DNA from: a virus
Lineage: Duplodnaviria; Caudoviricetes
Strand: one strand, 5' to 3'
Length of the DNA stretch: 59,625 nt
Virus record (IMG/VR): IMGVR_UViG_3300020044_004496
Coordinates: 1-59,625 of that record
Positions 8,536 through 16,888 of this stretch are shown piece by piece; position 1 is the first letter of the stretch; each line of letters begins with the position of its first letter. A model generated the notes under the pieces. The model searched no databases, was not told the DNA's origin, and saw only the letters and a program-made list of their open reading frames with translations. The translations under genes were made by a program, and so were the position numbers.

Positions 8536-9408
8536 ATGATTGGTCTTATCGCTGGTTTGATTGCATGTTTGGCAGTTGGATTTGCTGGGGTGTTTGTTAT
8601 CGACAACCTGTTTGGTGACAAAACAGATTACAACTTCACAAAGGGCGGCTTGTTCAGTGCGTTGCTCACGTTGGGTTGGTTAGTCTTTGAGTGCATCACT
8701 GTCGTGCCAGCAGGTAATGTCGGGGTGCAAGTGACATTCGGCGAGGTCAGTAAGAACACGTTGCCAGAGGGTCTGCATCTGATCAATCCGTTGTCAGATG
8801 TTCGCAACGTCAATGTGCGAATGGTGTCCACCACGCTTGAGAACAGCCAAGCCGGAACCAAGGACTTGCAGCAGGTGCATACCAACATCGTGGTGAACTA
8901 CCGATTGCAGGGTGACAAGGCTGCGCACATCTACAAGGAGTTTGGTATTGATTTGAACGACCGAGTGGTGCTGCCAATCCTGAACGAGTCGTTTAAAGCT
9001 GTCACCGCCCACTACACCAGCGAGGAGTTGATCACCAAGCGTGACGAGGTGTCAGAGCGTATCCGGGTAGAGGCCGCAACAAAGATGGCGCAGTATGACA
9101 TCAGCGTGTCCAGCATCAGTCTGGTGAACTTCGGGTTCTCTGCCGAGTATCAGAAGGCGATTGAGGCCAAGGTGATTGCCACGCAGAGCAAGCTCAAAGC
9201 CGATGCTGATTTGGAGCGGATCAAGGTCGAGGCACAGCAAGCGATTGCCAAAGCGAAAGGCGAAGCCGAAGCCATTGCCATCCAAGCGCAAGCGATCAAC
9301 AGTCAAGGTGGTGCAAGCTTTGTGCAGTTGAAGGCAATCGAGAAGTGGGACGGTAAGCTGCCCACGACAAGCGCAGGTGGCGCTGTGCCTTTCATCAACC
9401 TGCGATGA
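8536..9408 (+). CDS. SPFH/band-7 (prohibitin/HflC-like) membrane protein
   Basis: N-terminal TMs, VPAGNVGV..FG, AIEAK, AKGEAEAI, IEKWDGKLP. Confidence 0.92.
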   Translation: MIGLIAGLIACLAVGFAGVFVIDNLFGDKTDYNFTKGGLFSALLTLGWLVFECITVVPAGNVGVQVTFGEVSKNTLPEGLHLINPLSDVRNVNVRMVSTTLENSQAGTKDLQQVHTNIVVNYRLQGDKAAHIYKEFGIDLNDRVVLPILNESFKAVTAHYTSEELITKRDEVSERIRVEAATKMAQYDISVSSISLVNFGFSAEYQKAIEAKVIATQSKLKADADLERIKVEAQQAIAKAKGEAEAIAIQAQAINSQGGASFVQLKAIEKWDGKLPTTSAGGAVPFINLR

Positions 9409-9628
9409 TCAACGGGGGAAAGCGGATGCTGCTGCGTAGACTGATGCGCGAATCGTGAGAGCGAGACTAAACCCGGTGTAGCGATACGGCGCGGGTGTAG
9501 ATGGCGAGATGAGTATGGTTAGCCATCAGGGTAAAGGGTAAAACGAGGCGTCGTCACCAACACGCCTATCGCCTCAAAGCCGGAGATCAGTACCGGCAAA
9601 GTAGTTGCAGTGCAGCGAGTACCCCACC
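9405..9628 (+). ncRNA. Structured intergenic RNA element, copy 1 (loop-E basal stem, multibranch)
   Basis: GGGG-GAAA..GAGUA-CCCC closure; inner hairpins ACCCG/CGGGT, GATGGC/GCCATC, AGGCGT/ACGCCT, GCCGG/CCGGC; ends identical to copy 2. Confidence 0.6.
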
Positions 9629-9649
9629 TTTTTATATACGGAGAATGGA

Positions 9650-9892
9650 ATGAATAGATGTGTTGTAGTAGTGGATCGCGGTTGGATTTTCGCTGGCGAT
9701 GTTGTTCGTGAAAACGGGCGCATCAAACTCAGTCGGGCGCTGTGGGTGTTCAAGTGGGAGTCCGTGGGCTTTGATGGCGTACTTGCAGAACCCAAAAATC
9801 CAAAGGTCACTTTGAAGCCAATCAGCGATGTAGACATTCCCGAACGCGCTGAGATTTTCTGTGTGCCGGTCAAGGATGATTGGGGGCTGTGA
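9650..9892 (+). CDS. Small beta-rich hypothetical protein (DUF6948-like)
   Basis: VVVVDRGWIFAG..L..A..V.KW..G pattern; GGAG RBS. Confidence 0.6.
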   Translation: MNRCVVVVDRGWIFAGDVVRENGRIKLSRALWVFKWESVGFDGVLAEPKNPKVTLKPISDVDIPERAEIFCVPVKDDWGL

Positions 9893-10101
9893 TGTTTCCG
9901 GGGTTCTACCAAGACCGCTACAGCACTTACGTTGACTACGGCAACTATGGCTACAAAGACGGTTGCGAAGACGGTAAAGGAGACGGCAAAGGAGACGGCA
10001 GCGGAGACGGAGACGGTCACGGCTATGGCTACGGTCCAGGTCACGGCTATGGCTATGGCTTACTACGGATCAATGGAGGTGTTGATGTTTCCAGTTGGTG
10101 A
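9892..10101 (+). CDS. Gly/Asp/Tyr-rich low-complexity protein
   Basis: TGATG overlap; GDG/GYG repeats. Confidence 0.55.
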   Translation: MFPGFYQDRYSTYVDYGNYGYKDGCEDGKGDGKGDGSGDGDGHGYGYGPGHGYGYGLLRINGGVDVSSW

Positions 10102-10354
10102 CGGTAATGGCTGCGGTGATGGTCAAGGCGACCGCTACAGATTTGTTTGGAAGGACGGCGCTGGCAGCGGCGATAACGAGGGTAGCGGCTTTGGCTACGG
10201 CGTAGGTTACGGCTACGGCTATGGTTACGGTAACGCCTATGCTGACGACTACAGCACACACGGTTACTACGGCAACGTCAACGGCTACTACAACGGAGGC
10301 GCTTACGATAAAGATTACGGCAACGGCTACGGCTTACTAACAATTTTGTCGTAA
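10085..10354 (+). CDS. Gly/Tyr-rich low-complexity protein, paralog of the previous ORF
   Basis: GGAGG RBS; both begin MFP and carry GYGLL near the C-terminus. Confidence 0.6.
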   Translation: MFPVGDGNGCGDGQGDRYRFVWKDGAGSGDNEGSGFGYGVGYGYGYGYGNAYADDYSTHGYYGNVNGYYNGGAYDKDYGNGYGLLTILS

Positions 10355-10450
10355 TGATCAACGGGGGAAAGTTGGTTAGCCATCCCGGCAGTCGGACAAG
10401 GTCTGCAAACTTGCCTTGCAAGACCGGGCTAACACAACGAGTACCCCACC
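10354..10450 (+). ncRNA. Structured intergenic RNA element, copy 2
   Basis: GGGG/CCCC, GAAA/GAGUA internal loop, GUUG/CAAC, GUUAGCC/GGCUAAC. Confidence 0.6.
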
Positions 10451-10466
10451 AATTTGAGGAGCAACA

Positions 10467-10781
10467 ATGGACTACGATTATTTTGGAAAAATTCGTGAAT
10501 GGGCAAATGATCGAAACCTGGTCAAAGGTAGCACCCTGCAAGCGCAAGTGGTTAAGCTGCTCGAAGAATCCGGCGAGCTTGCTGCTGGCGTGGCTCGAAA
10601 TGACATCGAACGCATCGTCGATTCAATCGGCGACATCATGGTGGTGCTCACCATCATCGCCGCCCAAGTTGACATGCCGGTCGAAGAATGCCTTGATCTC
10701 GCATGGCAGGAAATACGCTACCGCAAAGGCAAGATGGTAAACGGCATATTTGTAAAGGAGAGTGATGATGCGACTAGCTGA
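10467..10781 (+). CDS. MazG-like nucleotide pyrophosphohydrolase
   Basis: KLLEESGELA..DSIGDIMVVL..AWQEI..RKG. Confidence 0.88.
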   Translation: MDYDYFGKIREWANDRNLVKGSTLQAQVVKLLEESGELAAGVARNDIERIVDSIGDIMVVLTIIAAQVDMPVEECLDLAWQEIRYRKGKMVNGIFVKESDDATS

Positions 10782-11031
10782 CCTGATCAATTCATTGTTT
10801 GTGTATGACGCACTACAGCCGGAGCTGATTGACGTCTCAAACTGGCGGCCAACAGATCCTCGTAGATATGACGAACGGCGCAAAGCATGTATCAAGTATC
10901 TGCGTGAGCGCAACATCTTTATCTTAGATGGCCACTTCACACCAACCAAAGCCAGTCATACAGACGTCACCGTCGTGTTCAATCGTGAGCGCAGCAAGAT
11001 TGGTGAGACTCTCATACAGGTGGCCAAATGA
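10765..11031 (+). CDS. Hypothetical protein
   Basis: AAGGAG RBS. Confidence 0.6.
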   Translation: MMRLADLINSLFVYDALQPELIDVSNWRPTDPRRYDERRKACIKYLRERNIFILDGHFTPTKASHTDVTVVFNRERSKIGETLIQVAK

Positions 11032-11270
11032 AGACCGCGCTTTGTTTGCTTGCAATACTCTTTGGCGGATGCACAGGTCTTCAGGATGCCACGTCCTCCT
11101 TGTCTGTTGAGGACAAGGTCCAAGCCATGACCAGGGCAGAGGTCATTGCCGGCATAAGCGAATGCGAAAAGGCTGGCATGCGACCGATCATCATCAACGC
11201 CAAACGCAAGATCAACAACCAGACCGTGCCAGCTGTTGTGGAGGTCACTTGTTTGCCGGGGTTCAAATGA
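11028..11270 (+). CDS. Putative lipoprotein
   Basis: MKTALCLLAILFGG-C signal/lipobox. Confidence 0.6.
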   Translation: MKTALCLLAILFGGCTGLQDATSSLSVEDKVQAMTRAEVIAGISECEKAGMRPIIINAKRKINNQTVPAVVEVTCLPGFK

Positions 11271-11614
11271 TTGAAATCCTTGCGCTGGTATGGACGCACT
11301 TCATTGCCGACTTCATCTTGCAGACGGACAGGGTCGCCTTAAACAAAAGCCGCAATACTGGCATTTTGTTTGAGCATGTAGCGATCTACTCTTTAGCGTT
11401 CATCCCTGTTTGCGCCGTGTGGCTGTCCCTGTATCAAGGGGTCCAGTTCTGTGTGCTGACCGCGATGCTGCACTTCATCACAGACTTTTTTTCAAGCCGC
11501 GCATGTTCGGCGCTGTGGAAGAAGAACGAGCGGCACTGGTTCTTTGTGGTCATCGGTTTGGATCAAGCGATCCATATGACCTGTTTGATATTGACATGGG
11601 AGTTGTATAGATGA
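11267..11614 (+). CDS. DUF3307-like membrane protein
   Basis: HFIADFILQT, HFITD, GLDQAIH. Confidence 0.8.
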   Translation: MIEILALVWTHFIADFILQTDRVALNKSRNTGILFEHVAIYSLAFIPVCAVWLSLYQGVQFCVLTAMLHFITDFFSSRACSALWKKNERHWFFVVIGLDQAIHMTCLILTWELYR

Positions 11615-11889
11615 TTACGGACAAAGAAATAGTGGCACGAGTGGGCGAGATTGGAAGCACGGTGTGGCAGCTTGAGAACAAAGTAGCAATGCTACAACGT
11701 GCGGTAGACCTGCTGTTGGTCAATGATCCTGACTGTGAGGTCAAGAAACACTTTGTGGAGCGCGCCAAGTTCAACCTTGAACGACAAGAAGCTTCAGCTA
11801 AAGCGCAGAAAAAGATACGAGATATGCGCTATGAGATTGATGAATTGCTCAGCCAACATCCTGAATTGAGAGAAGCCAATGAACGGTAA
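11611..11889 (+). CDS. Hypothetical coiled-coil protein
   Basis: ATGA overlap. Confidence 0.6.
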   Translation: MITDKEIVARVGEIGSTVWQLENKVAMLQRAVDLLLVNDPDCEVKKHFVERAKFNLERQEASAKAQKKIRDMRYEIDELLSQHPELREANER

Positions 11890-12085
11890 GACAGAATGGT
11901 TCAGCCCAAGGCAGAAGCCAGTGCGCCCCGGTGTGTATGAGTGCGTTGTGGATATATTGGAGGGTTACTGGATTATGAAGATCAGATGGCATCCATACCG
12001 AGGCTGGCTTATTGAACCTGCATCAAAAATAAAAATGTGGCGTGGTTTGACGGTGGAGGAATTTATGAAAAGGGGAGGCAGATGA
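11879..12085 (+). CDS. Hypothetical protein (TEWF....KPVRPGVYE..WRGL)
   Basis: Common small phage ORF pattern. Confidence 0.6.
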   Translation: MNGKTEWFSPRQKPVRPGVYECVVDILEGYWIMKIRWHPYRGWLIEPASKIKMWRGLTVEEFMKRGGR

Positions 12086-12453
12086 GATCGTCAGTTAAGC
12101 GTGTCATCGAAGCCATGCGGTTAGTGCGTCACCTGAACAAAGAAATCACCACGCGCAACATCGCAGAGATACTGGGGATCAAGGTGCAGACAGCGGGTGC
12201 GCACCTGCAAAAGATGGCGAAGGAAGGATTGATTCGTCGTCACGGCATGATCTTGCAGTTCGACGGACAGAACAGAGCGAAGAATGTGCTGTGGCGTATC
12301 AACACACTGGTAGTGCGCAAACTGGAGGCAGCAGCGAATGTCACAAACAACGAGAACAAAAAGACCAGCAGATCAACCCGCACGATGCACGATGTGCAAA
12401 GTCGTAAAGCAACCAAGCGAGTATCACAAGACGCGGTACAACACGCTCAATAG
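12082..12453 (+). CDS. Winged-helix DNA-binding protein
   Basis: TTRNIAEILGIKVQTAGAHLQKMAKEGLI; GGAGG RBS. Confidence 0.7.
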   Translation: MRSSVKRVIEAMRLVRHLNKEITTRNIAEILGIKVQTAGAHLQKMAKEGLIRRHGMILQFDGQNRAKNVLWRINTLVVRKLEAAANVTNNENKKTSRSTRTMHDVQSRKATKRVSQDAVQHAQ

Positions 12454-12523
12454 CTGGTGTAAGGAATGTGTGAAGGAAGACAACAGGTTTCGATACCACG
12501 CATACAAGGAGAGGAAAGCATGA
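12338..12523 (+). CDS. Small Zn-finger protein (CxxC..WCxxC)
   Basis: GGAGG RBS; CTMC..WCKEC; overlaps the wHTH C-terminus. Confidence 0.6.
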   Translation: MSQTTRTKRPADQPARCTMCKVVKQPSEYHKTRYNTLNSWCKECVKEDNRFRYHAYKERKA

Positions 12524-12666
12524 AGTGGATTGCGTGGGTTGACTGGTTGTGTGAAAGAACGGGGCATTTAATTCGTACCGACTGGCCTGAAAAAAGTGAA
12601 GGTTCATATGAACATTGTCAAATTTGCGGAACCCTAATTAAAAAACGGGAGAAGAACAATGGCTAA
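12520..12666 (+). CDS. Small hypothetical protein
   Basis: GGAGAGG RBS, ATGA overlap. Confidence 0.5.
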   Translation: MKWIAWVDWLCERTGHLIRTDWPEKSEGSYEHCQICGTLIKKREKNNG

Positions 12667-12865
12667 GTTGCCTTACACATACACGATCTGCCCCCCAAAT
12701 GATCCACCAAAACAATACACAGCCATGACGCCGTGGATGGTCAAAGCCTTGCGCCACGGCAACGATCTGACGATTGACCAAAGGGCGGCGGTTTACCCGG
12801 CGCATTCGGATGACTTTGAAGGGAAGCTGGCACGGTTGCTGGCAAACGCAAAGGAGAAGAAATGA
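12659..12865 (+). CDS. Hypothetical protein
   Basis: GGAG RBS. Confidence 0.6.
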   Translation: MAKLPYTYTICPPNDPPKQYTAMTPWMVKALRHGNDLTIDQRAAVYPAHSDDFEGKLARLLANAKEKK

Positions 12866-13041
12866 TTTTCTTTGGTGGCTTGTTCATGGTGGTTCTGTCG
12901 TTTGCGGTGTTCATCATGTTTGCCGATCCGATCAACGACAAGCGCGTGTGGCTGGAAGACACCTGCGCAGCAGTGATGATGCTTGGGTTTGGTGTGATGG
13001 TGATTGGCTTGTGTGTTTGGATTGCGAGGGTACTGGGATGA
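12862..13041 (+). CDS. Two-TM membrane protein (59 aa)
   Basis: Hand-translated; AAGGAG RBS; ATGA overlaps at both ends. Confidence 0.6.
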   Translation: MIFFGGLFMVVLSFAVFIMFADPINDKRVWLEDTCAAVMMLGFGVMVIGLCVWIARVLG

Positions 13042-13229
13042 CTTATAAAATCTACACAGAATCCACAGGTGTTGGAGGCGGGGGTGGAAACGATATGAGA
13101 CAAGTATCAGAAACTGAAGTGATGATTGCGTACCTGATGCTCAAGGTGAAGCAGCGTGACTGGCACGGCGTGGCTGATGCTGCGATGGACATTCGGGAGA
13201 TGGAAGCGCGAGGAGGAAAAAGTGAATGA
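13038..13229 (+). CDS. Hypothetical protein (..DWHGVADAAMDIREME)
   Basis: ATGA overlap; may start at a later ATG. Confidence 0.55.
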   Translation: MTYKIYTESTGVGGGGGNDMRQVSETEVMIAYLMLKVKQRDWHGVADAAMDIREMEARGGKSE

Positions 13230-13539
13230 GCCTGTAAAAATGCACTATGACATTGATGCATTCTTTGAAGGCGCGATGCGCCTAACCACAGAGAGACTGA
13301 AAAAGAGGCGCATATGGGAGAGGGCGAACAAAGGGTTTGAACTGAGGATGCTGGACATCGTTCGTCTTGAGTGTGGAACTGTTGGAGTAGTGACTGAACT
13401 AACCGAAAGGAAAGACGCAGCACTTGCATTTTCTGGTGATAGCACAGGTCTTAAAGTTGCGTGGTGGCATCCGTCAGAACTGCAAGTGATTGGTAACGTG
13501 CAAGACTGGGTTGATACTTTGGAGAAGAAAGATGCCTGA
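13222..13539 (+). CDS. Hypothetical protein, possible SH3/KOW-like C-terminus
   Basis: GAGGAGG RBS, GTG start. Confidence 0.55.
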   Translation: MNEPVKMHYDIDAFFEGAMRLTTERLKKRRIWERANKGFELRMLDIVRLECGTVGVVTELTERKDAALAFSGDSTGLKVAWWHPSELQVIGNVQDWVDTLEKKDA

Positions 13540-13717
13540 CATCACGATGTGCCCCGGCAATGGGTGCGACAAGAAAGATACGTGCTACCGCCACACCGCA
13601 ACAGTGCATACGCCATATCAAAGCTGGACGCAGTTTGGACCGGAGGACTGCAAGCAATACTGGCCGATTGATGGGCGGCGCGGTGAGGACGGCAAGTGGC
13701 AACAAAATGCCAGCTAA
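13532..13717 (+). CDS. Cys-rich hypothetical protein (MPDITMC....C.....CYR)
   Basis: GGAG RBS. Confidence 0.6.
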   Translation: MPDITMCPGNGCDKKDTCYRHTATVHTPYQSWTQFGPEDCKQYWPIDGRRGEDGKWQQNAS

Positions 13718-13739
13718 CGGATGGAGAAAGAGACAGATC

Positions 13740-14003
13740 ATGCAATGGATACCGAATGATGAGAACAAACGGCGAGACGAAGCCTTCGCAGACTTCATCG
13801 GCGGGGTTGCTTATGAAGAGGACAGGGGCTGGTCGAAAGAGGTCTGGGACGCGGCGTGGAGCGCGAGACGAGAATGGGTTGGGCTGACAGAGGAGGAAAT
13901 CGATCAGATTTATTGCGATTGCCATAGTGATGATGGTTACCCTTTATCGCTAGGGAAATATGAACGCGCTCTTGAAGCCAAGCTGCGGGAGAAGAACACA
14001 TGA
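13740..14003 (+). CDS. Hypothetical mosaic protein (..EWVGLTEEEI..EAKLREKNT)
   Basis: GGAG RBS; shares modules with neighbours. Confidence 0.6.
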   Translation: MQWIPNDENKRRDEAFADFIGGVAYEEDRGWSKEVWDAAWSARREWVGLTEEEIDQIYCDCHSDDGYPLSLGKYERALEAKLREKNT

Positions 14004-14557
14004 ACCTAGAAGGATTGGAAGCGATTATTGATCTAATTGAAATGGGCGCTATGTCTAGTAATAAAGACATAGCAAAGAATCTGCGCAGTGCGGTTGCAGC
14101 AATAAAAGAACGAATGAGCACAGAGGACGCCCATTCAATGAAGTTGGCGCTGGATGCGCTGGAAACAGAAGGTCTTAATGCAGCTATCAATGCAGCAGAG
14201 GTCTGCCCGAGAAATTTACGTCTGTTCGCTGTTCGGTGCGCTCGTGAGGTACAGCATTTGATGAAAGACCAGCGCAGTATTGACGCACTGGATGTGGCAG
14301 AGCGACATGCGCGTGGTGAAGCAACGGATGAGGAGTTGGATGCTGCTGCGGCTGCTGCAATGGCTGCTGCAAGGGCTGCGGTTGCTGGGGATGCGTCTAC
14401 TTGGGATGCTGCAAGGGCGGCTGCTTGGGCGGCTGCTGGGGATGCTATGGAGGCTGCGGAGGCGGCTGCTTGCGCTGCTCGGTATGCTCGAGATGCTGCC
14501 ATTGAGCGTCAGAAAGAAATCTTTCGAGAGGTATTTAATAACGCGGGGGAAGCATGA
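14000..14557 (+). CDS. Ala-rich helical protein (Imm-5-like phage family)
   Basis: RLFAVRCAR.V.HL..D.RS..ALDVAE..A.G.AT..EL.AA. Confidence 0.6.
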   Translation: MNLEGLEAIIDLIEMGAMSSNKDIAKNLRSAVAAIKERMSTEDAHSMKLALDALETEGLNAAINAAEVCPRNLRLFAVRCAREVQHLMKDQRSIDALDVAERHARGEATDEELDAAAAAAMAAARAAVAGDASTWDAARAAAWAAAGDAMEAAEAAACAARYARDAAIERQKEIFREVFNNAGEA

Positions 14558-14955
14558 GCATCGAAGCCATGAAGCAGGTGTTGGATGCGCTGGAAAGTAG
14601 CCGCGTATTCGTGACCACGCGGGAGAAGATCAAACACCCAGAGGGAACCGAATGGTACGACAATTGCATAACTGTCCTGCGCCAAGCCATTGAGGCCGCA
14701 AAGACAGAGAAACAAGAGCCGGTTGCGTGGGTTCAAGATGTTGAATTTGAACAGTTGCCAGAATTTGCTTTCAGTTGGGTTAAAACAAGATTGCATGACA
14801 AGCCTCTCTACACCCACCCACCCAAGCGCGAATGGGTGTCGCTGACCGATGATCAGATCAAAGAAATCGTTGGGCCATACGAAGGGCAGATCAAAGGTTA
14901 CACACGCGCACTGTTTGACAAGATCGACGCGAAGTTGAGGGAGAACAACGGATGA
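14554..14955 (+). CDS. Hypothetical mosaic protein (MSIEAMKQ..EPVAW..LYTHPP..)
   Basis: ATGA overlap. Confidence 0.65.
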   Translation: MSIEAMKQVLDALESSRVFVTTREKIKHPEGTEWYDNCITVLRQAIEAAKTEKQEPVAWVQDVEFEQLPEFAFSWVKTRLHDKPLYTHPPKREWVSLTDDQIKEIVGPYEGQIKGYTRALFDKIDAKLRENNG

Positions 14956-15215
14956 GCATCGAAACAACAAAGAAACAAGAGCCTTACGGGTATTTCAAAT
15001 ACGACTTGAGATTGGATGCTTGGGTTAAAAGCCGCGATACGAATAGCGGCGTTGCGTTTTACACCCACCCACCAAAGCGTGATCCGTTGACGGATGAGGA
15101 AATGCGCCAAGCAGCAAACGCAATGGATGCAGAACCATTAGCAGAAGGGTGGAAGGAGTTGATTAAATTTGCCCGAGCAATTGAAGCCGCCCACGGCATC
15201 GAGGAGGAGGCATGA
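14952..15215 (+). CDS. Hypothetical mosaic protein
   Basis: ATGA overlap. Confidence 0.6.
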   Translation: MSIETTKKQEPYGYFKYDLRLDAWVKSRDTNSGVAFYTHPPKRDPLTDEEMRQAANAMDAEPLAEGWKELIKFARAIEAAHGIEEEA

Positions 15216-15490
15216 ATATCAATGATTCACACATGGCGGCAAACGCCATTTGCCATGCGGCGCAAATGGTGCAAGTCTCGTGGCAAGAGGCAGCAGCCAT
15301 GCACACCTATCCGCACATTCTCTACAAGCCAAAACTGTTTCGTGATGGGAGCCAATGGTGTGCTCTTCTTGGTGAGGACATTCAAATTGGTGTGTGCGGT
15401 TTTGGTGATTCACCAGCCGCCGCCATGAAAGCATTTGATGCAGAGTGGTACAAACCTATCGCCGCCCACGGCATCAAGGGGGAAGCATGA
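15212..15490 (+). CDS. Hypothetical protein (DGSQWCALLGEDIQIGVCGFGDSP)
   Basis: GAGGAGG RBS. Confidence 0.65.
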   Translation: MNINDSHMAANAICHAAQMVQVSWQEAAAMHTYPHILYKPKLFRDGSQWCALLGEDIQIGVCGFGDSPAAAMKAFDAEWYKPIAAHGIKGEA

Positions 15491-15864
15491 GCATCGAAGC
15501 AATGAAACAGGCTCTTGAGGCGTTAGAGCTACTGCGTTCAGGATTGATCCAAATGCGAAGGCACTCTGAGGAATACGGACGAGCGTGGGCTGGGGCTTAT
15601 GTTGAAGAGTATCAAAAACTTCTCTCAGGCTCCGCATTGGAACAATTTAAAATTTTGAACGCATTGCAAGACCGACTGGCTGATGTTGATGAAGCTGTTG
15701 TCGATGGATACCAAGCCATTGCATCCCTACGCCTAGCCATCGCAGAAGCAGAGAGGCAATCGGCATCCACCAATGGCGAGGCCGGAACAGAGAAGTGCCC
15801 TCCCGGTGGTGGCGGGTATCCCGGTATCAAAAGCAGTCGCTTGATTGTGGAGAAGAACACATGA
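15487..15864 (+). CDS. Hypothetical mosaic protein (MSIEAMKQALEAL..)
   Basis: ATGA overlap. Confidence 0.6.
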   Translation: MSIEAMKQALEALELLRSGLIQMRRHSEEYGRAWAGAYVEEYQKLLSGSALEQFKILNALQDRLADVDEAVVDGYQAIASLRLAIAEAERQSASTNGEAGTEKCPPGGGGYPGIKSSRLIVEKNT

Positions 15865-16064
15865 TCGTGCGTAAAGCTCGTGGGAAAAACAAGTTCGGCA
15901 AAATAATTTTATCCCCTGCTGAAATCATTCTTGCTCAAAGGCTTGGAATACCGGTTGAGGACTATGTAAAAGAGATGTTGGTGCGCATAGCCAAGGAACG
16001 CAAGTGGAAATGGTTTTTTAAAACAAGGAGAACAACAAATGCTAGTCCAACTACAAAAACCTGA
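15861..16064 (+). CDS. Hypothetical protein
   Basis: GGAG RBS. Confidence 0.55.
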   Translation: MIVRKARGKNKFGKIILSPAEIILAQRLGIPVEDYVKEMLVRIAKERKWKWFFKTRRTTNASPTTKT

Positions 16065-16461
16065 CCCTATCTTGCTGGAAGACCCGGTGCGCCCAAACAT
16101 CAAGCCCGAAGACCGACTGGGGTACACGCGGGATGTGTGGGCGTTGATCGAAGACAAGCAGCTGGGGGCGATCCTGTGCATCGCATTCCACAAAACAATC
16201 CCCACCACGGAGGAGGAACTGATGGAGCCGCCAAGCTGGATATGCCTTGACAACGCGATCCTGTACAGCGTTTGGTCGTACAGACCGGGGTGCGGCAGCA
16301 AGCTGGTCCGCGAGTACTTGGAGATGGCGCGTATGCTAGGTTCCCCTATCAAACGCATCGTCACGATGAGTCCGAAGACCGAGATGGCAAGGAACTTCCA
16401 CTACAAGAACGGCGCACGACTTTTGCAGACCAACGAGGAGACGGTGAATTATGAATACTAA
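16039..16461 (+). CDS. Conserved phage protein with possible GNAT-like fold
   Basis: YSVWSYRPGCGSKLV, TMSPKTEMARNFHYKNGA; AAGGAG RBS. Confidence 0.55.
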   Translation: MLVQLQKPDPILLEDPVRPNIKPEDRLGYTRDVWALIEDKQLGAILCIAFHKTIPTTEEELMEPPSWICLDNAILYSVWSYRPGCGSKLVREYLEMARMLGSPIKRIVTMSPKTEMARNFHYKNGARLLQTNEETVNYEY

Positions 16462-16481
16462 ATACAAGGAGAAGGTAAAGA

Positions 16482-16715
16482 ATGGACCCATTACTTAAAG
16501 CACAGCAGGAAGCCAAGCTGCCGGTGATCTACTGCGACCCGACCGAACTGCAAGGCTTTATCTTTGGGGTGTACGACACGGTGACGATGGGCAAAAAGTC
16601 TGACACGCGAACCTTTGCCCTGTACGCCGAGCCGCCACAGTTGCAGCAGAATCAGATGCTGATCGAACCCGCGTTGCTGGAGAAGCTGGGCTATGTGCCG
16701 AAGGGGAAAGAATGA
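16482..16715 (+). CDS. Hypothetical protein
   Basis: AAGGAG RBS. Confidence 0.6.
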   Translation: MDPLLKAQQEAKLPVIYCDPTELQGFIFGVYDTVTMGKKSDTRTFALYAEPPQLQQNQMLIEPALLEKLGYVPKGKE

Positions 16716-16888
16716 ATATATTGATGAGAGTATTACATATTTTACCGTTTGCTCATTTTTATGATAAATGGTCTGGTGTTGAAAAATGTATTGGATATGC
16801 AGGTGCTGAACGTCAGCAACGATTTTGTCTTATCTGTAATAAAAAACAATATCGTACCGTGAACAATTATACTTGGTTTGACAAATGA
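16712..16888 (+). CDS. AT-rich hypothetical protein (58 aa)
   Basis: Hand-translated; ATGA overlaps at both ends. Confidence 0.5.
   Translation: MNILMRVLHILPFAHFYDKWSGVEKCIGYAGAERQQRFCLICNKKQYRTVNNYTWFDK

Noticed and set aside
9405-9628. Hammerhead ribozyme or tRNA in the structured intergenic element
   Set aside because: CTGATGCG does not match the CUGANGA core, there is no suitably placed GAAA, and no cloverleaf with a T-loop/CCA was found
9574-10084. Thr/Ala/Val-rich alternative-frame ORFs (9574..10044 -, 5' part of 9932..10354)
   Set aside because: Shadow frames of the Gly-rich repeats
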